Position numbers and translations under genes: made by a program. 64,000 nucleotides of DNA from Bacteroidales bacterium (GTDB lineage Bacteria; Bacteroidota; Bacteroidia; Bacteroidales; F082), in the NCBI GenBank assembly GCA_017561025.1, contig JAFZDU010000074.1, positions 7,603 through 71,602 on the forward strand, read 5' to 3'. Shown here one piece after another: positions 36,993-43,433 of the stretch. Below the pieces are notes generated by a model. It made no database searches, was not told the DNA's origin, and saw only the letters and a program-made list of their open reading frames with translations. The stretch's first letter is position 1, and the number at the start of each line of letters is the position of its first letter.

Positions 36993-37686
36993 TCTTGTAG
37001 TCTTGTTGACTTGTAGTCTTATCTATAACAGTTCCTTCATCGCATTTGATGATTCTTGATGGATATTTCAAGATGAGGTTATAGTTGTGTGTCGCCATGA
37101 AGATTGTTCTGCCTTTTGTGCAGATGTCGCGAAGCAGATCCATGATGTCGTTGGTGGTTTCAGGGTCGAGGTTGCCGGTAGGCTCGTCGGCCAAGATGAG
37201 AGCCGGGTCGTTGAGTAGCGCTCTTGCTATGGCGATGCTCTGCTGCTCGCCGCCCGACAACTGATGAGGCATAGATTTACGTTTGTTTGGAAGTCCCACT
37301 TGTTCCAGCACCTCGTCTATCCTTTTTGACATGGCAGACTTGTCTTTCCATCCAGTAGCGTCTAGCACGAAATAAAGATTGTCTTCTACGTTTCTGTCAT
37401 AAAGAAGCTGGAAGTCTTGAAACACTATGCCTATCTTTCTTCTGAGCATCGGGATGTCGCGTTTCTTTATCGTGCGGAGATTGTAGTCGGCGATGTTGAT
37501 ATCACCTTCTTTGGCAGGCAGGTCTGCATATAATGTCTTGAGAAGAGATGACTTGCCACTTCCTGTTCTTCCTATTAGATATACGAATTCGCCCTCTTCA
37601 ATTTCGAAGTTGACATCTTTCAACACGCAGTTATTGTGCTGAAATATGGAGGCATTCTTTAATGATATGACGCTTTTTGAATTCAT
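36982..37686 (-). CDS. ftsE: Cell-division ABC ATPase FtsE-like
   Basis: Walker A GRTGSGKSSLL, signature LSGGEQQ and Walker B LILADEPTGNLD. The last ~13 codons (DKTTSQQDYKTTR) are encoded by an octamer repeat run. Confidence 0.8.
   Translation of the reverse strand: MNSKSVISLKNASIFQHNNCVLKDVNFEIEEGEFVYLIGRTGSGKSSLLKTLYADLPAKEGDINIADYNLRTIKKRDIPMLRRKIGIVFQDFQLLYDRNVEDNLYFVLDATGWKDKSAMSKRIDEVLEQVGLPNKRKSMPHQLSGGEQQSIAIARALLNDPALILADEPTGNLDPETTNDIMDLLRDICTKGRTIFMATHNYNLILKYPSRIIKCDEGTVIDKTTSQQDYKTTR
36985..37021. repeat. Octamer word run TCTTGTAG x2, TCTTGTTG, ACTTGTAG, TCTTA
   Basis: Contains the stop codons of both convergent genes (methyltransferase TAG 36990-36992, ftsE TAG 36982-36984 on the minus strand). 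Confidence 0.9.
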
Positions 37687-37712
37687 AATTTACAATTCAT
37701 AATTCATAATGC
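37681..37712. repeat. Word run of ATTCATAA-type units around the ftsE start codon
   Basis: Reverse complement of the GAATTATG family seen at 35386 and 52857. Confidence 0.75.
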
Positions 37713-37726
37713 AAATATATAAAAAA

Positions 37727-37756
37727 GGCTAAAGGCGAAAGACAAAAGTCTAAAGG
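37727..37756. repeat. Word run GGCTAAAG GCGAAAGA CAAAAGTCTAAAGG
   Basis: xxCTAAAG family. Confidence 0.75.
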
Positions 37757-37772
37757 AAAAAAATCAAATTTA

Positions 37773-37829
37773 AGACGCATCAACGACATATTGTCTATTT
37801 TAATTGTGTCGTGTGACACGTCTCTACAA
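37773..37829 (-). repeat. AGACG...CGTCT-CTACAA hairpin element H1
   Basis: AGACGCATCAACGAC-20 nt-GTCGTGTGACACGTCT + CTACAA. Both plus-strand mismatches become G-U pairs on the minus strand. Confidence 0.75.
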
Positions 37830-37843
37830 ATTCCTAATTACTA

Positions 37844-37896
37844 AGACGCTTCAATGTTTGTTTATTTATGTAGGAATCATTGAAACGTCTCTACAA
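37844..37896 (-). repeat. Hairpin element H2
   Basis: AGACGCTTCAATG-21 nt-CATTGAAACGTCT + CTACAA. Confidence 0.85.
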
Positions 37897-37914
37897 ATTG
37901 CTGATTCCTAATTA

Positions 37915-38766
37915 TCACCAGCTTCCTCCAGCGCCGCCGCCACCGAAGCTGCCGCCGCCGAATCCGCTGAATCCTCCGCCGCCGAAACCACCAGATCCGC
38001 CTGAGAAATTGTTCCAATTGTTGTGATGATGATGATGTCGATTGCTGCTGTTGTTGAGTACGCTCAACCAGAACAATGTCCTCCAGAATGATGAGTCGTC
38101 TTTTCTGGATGAGATAGTGGTGCCGACTTTATTCGCTAATTTGATATATAAAATCATTGCTGCCATTCCTATTAAGATGAATATCAATGCAGCTAGTTCT
38201 GAGTTTTCTTCTGTGGATTTGTCTGATGAGAAACCGCCGGAGGCGAGCTTTATTATTGAGTCGATGGCATTGTTGACACCGCCGTAATAGTCGTTGTATT
38301 TGAATGCTGGTATCATCTGGTTCTCGATGATACGTTTTGCCAATGCGTCGGGAACATATTGTTCGAGGCCGTATCCGACGCTGATGAACACCTCACCTTT
38401 AGTTTCATTCTTTGGTTTTACTAAGATAACGATGCCGTTGTTTTCTTTTGTTCCTACGCCCCATTTCTCGCCGAGTTGATATGCGAAATCCGCTGCCGTA
38501 GTGCCTTGTAAGTCGTTGACGAATACCACGGCGATTTGTGTCGACGTAGTGTCGTTGTAGTTTCTGAGTTTATATTCAAGACTGTTAACCTGAGATGCTG
38601 TCAGAGTGTTAGTGAAATCGTTGACAAGTCGAGGAGGTGACGGACGACTAGGAATCAGCTGAGCATGGCATATAAAAACCATGAATAATAATAAAAATAA
38701 TGTGGCGAACTTTTTCTGTCCACTAATCCACACGAAATTGTCACTGATATTTTTGTTATTTGTCAT
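37915..38766 (-). CDS. TPM domain membrane protein (YgcG-like) with Gly-rich tail
   Basis: Signal/TM, then a TPM-type core (VNDFTNTLT...QIAVVFVNDLQG...NGIVILV...VFISVGYGLE), a TM segment, then HHHHH...GGSGGFGGGGFSGFGGGSFGGGGAGGSW. Confidence 0.75.
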   Translation of the reverse strand: MTNNKNISDNFVWISGQKKFATLFLLLFMVFICHAQLIPSRPSPPRLVNDFTNTLTASQVNSLEYKLRNYNDTTSTQIAVVFVNDLQGTTAADFAYQLGEKWGVGTKENNGIVILVKPKNETKGEVFISVGYGLEQYVPDALAKRIIENQMIPAFKYNDYYGGVNNAIDSIIKLASGGFSSDKSTEENSELAALIFILIGMAAMILYIKLANKVGTTISSRKDDSSFWRTLFWLSVLNNSSNRHHHHHNNWNNFSGGSGGFGGGGFSGFGGGSFGGGGAGGSW

Positions 38767-38795
38767 TATTGTAAATTATTATTTCCTAATAGAAT

Positions 38796-38853
38796 AGACG
38801 CTTCAATTACGTATTGTTCATTTTTATGGTGTAATTTGAAACGTCTTTACCAA
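38796..38853 (-). repeat. Hairpin element H3
   Basis: AGACGCTTCAATTAC...GTAATTTGAAACGTCT + TTACCAA. Confidence 0.8.
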
Positions 38854-38870
38854 TCATTCCTAATTATAAA

Positions 38871-38896
38871 GTCGCACGTCCGTGCGCCTCTACGCG
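38871..38896 (-). repeat. Mini hairpin followed by a TCTAC tail
   Basis: GTCGCAC-GTCC-GTGCGCC then TCTACGCG. Possibly a degenerate member of the H family. Confidence 0.4.
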
Positions 38897-38905
38897 AAAT
38901 TTTTT

Positions 38906-38943
38906 AATTCCTCAAATCCTCAATTCCTTAAATCCTCAGATTC
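38906..38943. repeat. Word run abutting the stop of 38943-39377
   Basis: Minus strand GAATCTGAGGATTTAAGGAATTGAGGATTTGAGGAATT, with stop triplets spaced 8 nt apart that cover all three frames. Confidence 0.85.
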
Positions 38944-39377
38944 TAACTAAAAGAAATCTCATCACTAAGTTCATTGACGTCATCGCTTTGATAAGGGAAG
39001 TAAGTCTTGAGTTTCTCGCCGCATTTCAATATTCCAGCGATGAGTCCGTCGGCGAATCTGTTCTCTTTGAACTTGGTTGTCATCTCGTCTTTGATGTCGT
39101 TCCAGAAGTCGTGTTCCACCTTTTTGTTGATGCCTTCGTCGCCTATGATGGCGAATTTATGGTCTTTTACGGCGAGGTAGAACAAGATGCCGTTGCGCGC
39201 GGCAGTACGATCCATCTTTAAATCGTAAAACACTTCTGCCGCGCGCTCCAGAGTCTCTTCTTTACAATGATTCTCAATATGCACTCTGATCTCGCCGGAG
39301 GTGTTGAGTTCCGCTTCCTTGATGGCAGCGACAATGTCGTGCTGCTCTTCCTTCGAAAAGAATGTTCTTGATGTCAT
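38943..39377 (-). CDS. TPM domain protein (cytoplasmic/short form)
   Basis: 144 aa with FSKEEQHDIVAAIKEAELNTSGEIRVHIE...FAIIGDEGI, as in TLP18.3/Psb32/MOLO-1-type domains. Confidence 0.7.
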   Translation of the reverse strand: MTSRTFFSKEEQHDIVAAIKEAELNTSGEIRVHIENHCKEETLERAAEVFYDLKMDRTAARNGILFYLAVKDHKFAIIGDEGINKKVEHDFWNDIKDEMTTKFKENRFADGLIAGILKCGEKLKTYFPYQSDDVNELSDEISFS

Positions 39378-39395
39378 TATGTTTATTTTTTTAAA

Positions 39396-39983
39396 TTAAA
39401 ATTCAACTTTAGGCGCTACCTCAGCACCTGCTGCTGCCTCGAAATATGCTTTCTTGTCGAAACCAAACATATTGGCAACGATGTTGGTAGGGAATCTGCG
39501 TAATCCTGTGTTGTATTCTTTCACAGCGTCGTTGAAGTTCTTGCGCTCCACAGAGATGCGGTTCTCTGTTCCTTCAAGCTGCGCCTGCAACTCTCTGAAG
39601 TTTTCGTTTGCCTTCAAGTCAGGATATTTCTCCACTGTGACCAAAAGTCTCGACAATGCGCCTGACAACTGATCTTGCGCTGCCTGGAATGCCTTGATGT
39701 TTTCTTCTGTCATATTGTCGGCATTGAAGTTGACAGATGTCGCTTTGGCACGTGCTGCTACTACGTCGGTCAAAACTTGTTGCTCATGTTCTGCGTAGCC
39801 TTTTACTGTCGCTACTAAGTTAGGGATGAGGTCGGCACGACGTTGATATACGTTCTCAACCTGAGCCCATTTTGAATTTACATTCTCTTCCTTGTTGACC
39901 AAGCTGTTGTATTTGCCTATAAACCAAAAGACAATCAAGGCAACAACGCCAACGATTAAAATAATGGTGTTTTTGTTTTTCAT
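39396..39983 (-). CDS. lemA: LemA family protein
   Basis: N-terminal TM, then NSLVNKEENVNSKWAQVENVYQRRADLIPNLV...YPDLKANENFRELQ...RRFPTNIVA. Start set to ATG 39983 (MKNKNT). The 33 upstream ORF-track codons are encoded by a repeat element. Confidence 0.85.
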   Translation of the reverse strand: MKNKNTIILIVGVVALIVFWFIGKYNSLVNKEENVNSKWAQVENVYQRRADLIPNLVATVKGYAEHEQQVLTDVVAARAKATSVNFNADNMTEENIKAFQAAQDQLSGALSRLLVTVEKYPDLKANENFRELQAQLEGTENRISVERKNFNDAVKEYNTGLRRFPTNIVANMFGFDKKAYFEAAAGAEVAPKVEF

Positions 39984-40020
39984 ATTTTCTCCTTTTTTGT
40001 TGCTGTGAACTTGAACTGGC

Positions 40021-40073
40021 GGTGCCTGAGCTTGTCGAAGGTACAATCTGTCACTTCGACAAGCTCTGTGACC
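40021..40073 (+). repeat. ~53-nt hairpin element, copy B, flanked by GTTCA-type word runs (40004-40019, 40074-40110)
   Basis: Contains a perfect 13-bp stem GAGCTTGTCGAAG/CTTCGACAAGCTC (40028-40040 / 40054-40066). Lies between the htpG stop and the lemA start. Confidence 0.85.
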
Positions 40074-40099
40074 ATAGTTCAAAGTTCAGTGTTCATAGT

Positions 40100-42001
40100 T
40101 CAAAGTTCACCAAAACTTCTCTTAACAAACTCATTCAAATCTTTACCTTTCAATAAGTTCTTTGAAAGGCGTGCTAAGTCGTATAATTGTTTGATTGTGT
40201 TCTTCTGTGCTTCTTCGTCTTTGTCGGCGAGACCTGCAACGACAGGGTTGTTGACGTTGAGCATGAGGGTGTAGCTGTCTGGCATTGTGCCCCACATCTG
40301 CATTCCGCCGCCCATGGCGCTCATCTCTTTCATACGGCGCATGAACTCGTTTTGTATTATTTCAACAGGAGCGTCGTCTTCGCCTAAGTTGCTGAATTCA
40401 ACGTGGTATGTGACTTTATCGATGATGTTGTCAAATGCCTTCTTGATGTTTTCTTTTTGTTCGTCGTTGAGTTTTGACTCTTTGCTTTCGTCTTCTTTCT
40501 CAATGAGTTTGTCGATAGAAGCAGAGTCGACGCGAGCGAATGAGCAGTCGCCGTATTTTTGTTCTAATGTGCTGATAAAGTGTGAGTCGAGGATGCCGTC
40601 TAACATAAGGACGCTGTAGCCTTTGCTCTTTGCGTTTTCGATGTTGCTGTATTGCTCGTCAGCGTTAGTCGCATAGAGATAAACGAGTCTGTTGTCCTTG
40701 TTCTTCTGGTTTTCTTCGATATGCTTCTTGTATTCTTCTAATGTATAGTAGATGCCGTCGGTGTCTTTTACGAGCATGAATTTCTCTGCTCTCTCGAAGA
40801 ACTTAGGATCTGCTATCATGCCGTATTCGATGAAGACGCTGATGTCGTCCCATTTCTTTTCGTATTCAGCGCGGTCTTTCTTAAAGAGTTCTTCAAGTTT
40901 CTCAGCGACTTTCTTGGTGATATAACCAGAAATCTTCTTGACGTTCTGGTCGTTTTGCAAGAATGAACGGCTTACGTTCAATGGGATGTCTGGTGAGTCG
41001 ATGACGCCGTGGAGCATTGTCAAGAACTCTGGCAAGATGCCGTCGACAGAGTCTGTAACGAAAACTTCGTTGCAATAGAGTTGTATCTTGTTGCGTTGAA
41101 ATTCGTATCTGTTCTTGATTTTAGGGAAGTATAAGATACCTGTCAAGTTGAAAGGATAATCGACGTTGAGGTGGATGTGGAACAAGGGTGTCTCGAAGTT
41201 CATCGGATACAAGACATGATAGAAGTCGTCGTATTCCTTGTCTTCTATTGATGATGGTGACTTCTTCCAGAGTGGAGCGACGTCGTTGATGATCCAAGGT
41301 TTCTCTACTGACTGTGTCTTTGGTTTGCCGTCTTCGTCATTCTCGCCTTCGATGATTTCTTCGACATTCTTTGTTCCGAATTGGATTGGTACTGACAAGA
41401 ACTTACAGTATTTGTTCAGCAACTCGCGGATCTTGCTTTCTTCGAGGAAGTCGGCGCAGTCGTCGGAGATATAAAGAATGACATCTGTTCCGCGTGAGCC
41501 TTTTGGTATCTCGTTCATTGTGTATTCAGGACTGCCGTCGCATTCCCACATAACGCCTTTTTCTTCTTCTGTCTGTCTGAATGACTTGCTGATGAGAGCC
41601 ACTTTGTTTGACACCATGAATGATGAGTAGAATCCTAAACCGAAGTGACCTATGATGTTAGCTGCTTCTGCCTCGCTTTGTGTCTTGAATTTCTCCACGA
41701 ATTCTGTAGCGCCAGAGAAGGCGATTTGGTTGATGTATTTGTCGACTTCAGCGCTTGTCATGCCGATGCCGTTGTCGCGGATGGTGAGAGTCTTTTTCTG
41801 CTTGTCGATCTCGACTCTGATGGTGAGGTCGCCGAGTTCGCCTTTGAATTCGCCTGCTGAAGCGAGAGTCTTGAGTTTGTTGGTCGCATCGACAGCGTTG
41901 CTTACGATCTCACGTAAGAATATTTCGTTTTCTGAATATAAGAACTTCTTGATTACAGGAAAAATGTTTTCCGTTTTTACACCTATTGAACCTGTTTGCA
42001 T
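40100..42001 (-). CDS. htpG: Molecular chaperone HtpG (Hsp90)
   Basis: 633 aa with IFLREIVSNAVDA (GHKL ATPase N box) and IGHFGLGFYSSFMV. Confidence 0.95.
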   Translation of the reverse strand: MQTGSIGVKTENIFPVIKKFLYSENEIFLREIVSNAVDATNKLKTLASAGEFKGELGDLTIRVEIDKQKKTLTIRDNGIGMTSAEVDKYINQIAFSGATEFVEKFKTQSEAEAANIIGHFGLGFYSSFMVSNKVALISKSFRQTEEEKGVMWECDGSPEYTMNEIPKGSRGTDVILYISDDCADFLEESKIRELLNKYCKFLSVPIQFGTKNVEEIIEGENDEDGKPKTQSVEKPWIINDVAPLWKKSPSSIEDKEYDDFYHVLYPMNFETPLFHIHLNVDYPFNLTGILYFPKIKNRYEFQRNKIQLYCNEVFVTDSVDGILPEFLTMLHGVIDSPDIPLNVSRSFLQNDQNVKKISGYITKKVAEKLEELFKKDRAEYEKKWDDISVFIEYGMIADPKFFERAEKFMLVKDTDGIYYTLEEYKKHIEENQKNKDNRLVYLYATNADEQYSNIENAKSKGYSVLMLDGILDSHFISTLEQKYGDCSFARVDSASIDKLIEKEDESKESKLNDEQKENIKKAFDNIIDKVTYHVEFSNLGEDDAPVEIIQNEFMRRMKEMSAMGGGMQMWGTMPDSYTLMLNVNNPVVAGLADKDEEAQKNTIKQLYDLARLSKNLLKGKDLNEFVKRSFGEL

Positions 42002-42096
42002 ATCTGTATATTTTTAAAGTTATTATTTTTTTCTGACATTCGCGATGTCAAACAATATGCCACGAAGGTGTCACTGACAAAATGACTTTTTAAAAT

Positions 42097-42125
42097 GTCT
42101 AAAGGCTAAAGACCAAAGTCTAAGG
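42097..42125. repeat. Word run GTCTAAAG GCTAAAGA CCAAAGTCTAAGG
   Basis: xxCTAAAG family, in the htpG upstream region. Confidence 0.75.
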
Positions 42126-42196
42126 TTTTTTGAAACCAATATACACTAAAATCTGCCTTTTACACTTTAAAGCTATTCTAAATTTTAACAACAAAA

Positions 42197-42344
42197 CTTT
42201 AGTCATTTGTCTTTTGACTTTTGTCATTAGTCAATTTCTTTGGGCGTTCCGGCTTTGCCGTCGGGCTTTCCGCTATATCTTTGCTTGCTCCGTTATCACT
42301 CCGCTCGCAAAGGATGCCGCTCCAATCCCTAACGCATTGGGGCG
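42197..42344 (+). repeat. Left arm of a ~150-bp inverted repeat (word run + GC-rich element)
   Basis: The blocks TTTGGGCGTTCCGGCT, CCGTCGGGCTTTCCGCT.TATCTTTGCT.GCTCC and GCTCGCAAAGGATGCCGCTCCAATCCCTAACGCA recur reverse-complemented at 44692-44836. Confidence 0.9.
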
Positions 42345-42461
42345 ATGAGTAACAAACTGCGAGCCTTGAGCAAGAGAACTGAAGCTGTTAAAAAAAAATT
42401 CTTAAACTTATAATTTCAATTGATAATTTTTCTATATTCGTAGCATTAAAAATTTACAATT

Positions 42462-43106
42462 ATGAAGAAAATCTATTTAATTATGACGCTTTGTATGATT
42501 ATGGTGTCATGTAAGCCAGATGGTGGTAATGGAAGACATGAAGATCATGAATATGTTGACCTCGGTTTAAGCGTAAAATGGGCTACATGTAATGTTGGAG
42601 CGAAATCGCCAGAAGGCTATGGACTATATTTTGCTTGGGGTGAGACAACTACAAAATCAGAGTACAATTCATCTAACTGCCCTATCTACGGACTTAGTGT
42701 GTCGGAGTTGCAATCACAAGAATATATAGATAGCGTGGGCAATCTTATGCCACAATATGATGCCGCTACAGCCAACTGGGGCGGTGATTGGAGAATGCCG
42801 ACAAGAACAGAACAAGAAGAATTATTGGATAACTGCACATGGAGTTGGGTGTCGCAAAACGGAGTTAATGGTTATAAGGTGACATCTAAGGTAAACGGTA
42901 ATAGTATTTATTTGCCTGCTGCTGGGTTTCGTGACGGGTCATTGCTTTTCAGCGATGGATATATAGGCCAATACTGGAGTTCTTCGCCTCTTGAAACCAA
43001 TCATTATGGTGCTTTTATGTTGTATTTTTATAGTGATGTTCAGCGTATGGATGGAAGTTATCGCGTTCTTGGTCAAAGCGTTCGTCCTGTCCTAGAAGAA
43101 AAGTAG
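42462..43106 (+). CDS. Small lipoprotein with DUF1566/Fib_succ_major-type domain
   Basis: Lipobox MVSC. YVDLGLSVKWATCNVGA...FAWGE...YDAATANWGGDWRMPTRTEQEELL...YWSSSP...GQSVRPV. Paralogous to the C-terminus of 2381-4003. Confidence 0.7.
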   Translation: MKKIYLIMTLCMIMVSCKPDGGNGRHEDHEYVDLGLSVKWATCNVGAKSPEGYGLYFAWGETTTKSEYNSSNCPIYGLSVSELQSQEYIDSVGNLMPQYDAATANWGGDWRMPTRTEQEELLDNCTWSWVSQNGVNGYKVTSKVNGNSIYLPAAGFRDGSLLFSDGYIGQYWSSSPLETNHYGAFMLYFYSDVQRMDGSYRVLGQSVRPVLEEK

Positions 43107-43154
43107 AGACATATCAGAATTCGTTTGAAAATAAGAATTTTGTTGCGTCTTTTG
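43107..43154 (+). terminator. Imperfect AGAC...GCGTCT hairpin directly after the stop of 42462-43106
   Basis: 16 paired positions (12 Watson-Crick, 2 U-G, 2 mismatches) followed by TTTT. Confidence 0.4.
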
Positions 43155-43187
43155 CATAATCTTTTTAAATGCACTTTCGACTAAAAT

Positions 43188-43243
43188 TCCCTCATTGAGT
43201 GATGAAAATATTAAAATCAAGCACTCATTGAGGGATTTTTTTT
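43188..43243 (+). terminator. Second terminator after 42462-43106
   Basis: TCCCTCATTGAGTG...CACTCATTGAGGGA (one central mismatch) followed by T8. Confidence 0.65.
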
Positions 43244-43252
43244 GTTCAAAAC

Positions 43253-43318
43253 CAGTCCCGTTAGGGACGTCAGACCATAGGCAGGCGGTGGAGCGCGTAG
43301 CTCGCCTGTGAAAAAAGA
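43253..43318 (-). repeat. CCTAACGG hairpin element, copy 2, plus adjacent GC-rich hairpin
   Basis: GTCCC-GTTA-GGGAC hairpin and CAGGCG..GAGC-GCGTA-GCTC-GCCTG hairpin. Confidence 0.65.
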
Positions 43319-43354
43319 TTCGTTTTGATAGAATGAATCTTCGCTGTTTTTTAC

Positions 43355-43362
43355 TATGTTTG
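43355..43362 (+). promoter_or_regulatory. -7 box TATGTTTG for the methyltransferase gene
   Basis: Exact match 72 nt upstream of ATG 43434. The predicted leader contains the word run at 43374-43406. Confidence 0.4.
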
Positions 43363-43373
43363 CAAATTGAAAA

Positions 43374-43406
43374 GTCTAATGGTTAAAGGCAAAAGACTAA
43401 AGTCTG
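43374..43406. repeat. Word run GTCTAATG GTTAAAGG CAAAAGACTAAAGTCTG
   Basis: xxCTAAAG family, in the methyltransferase leader. Confidence 0.75.
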
Positions 43407-43433
43407 TTAGTCGTTGACAAAAAAAATCGAATT

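Noticed and set aside
39984-40082. 33-codon N-terminal extension of the lemA ORF (MNYGHRACRSDRLYLRQAQAPPVQVH...).
   Set aside because: It is encoded by the 53-nt hairpin element and adjacent 40004-40019 word run (mainly 40004-40073). The LemA family starts at the TM helix (MKNKNTIILIVGV, ATG 39983).
42130-42348. 72-aa ORF, and its counterpart 44557-44742 on the minus strand, both containing PLAKDAAPIPNA.
   Set aside because: Both are read-throughs of the two arms of the GC-rich inverted repeat. The shared peptide simply reflects the shared DNA. There is no start context, and the second ORF overlaps the 3' end of a real gene.
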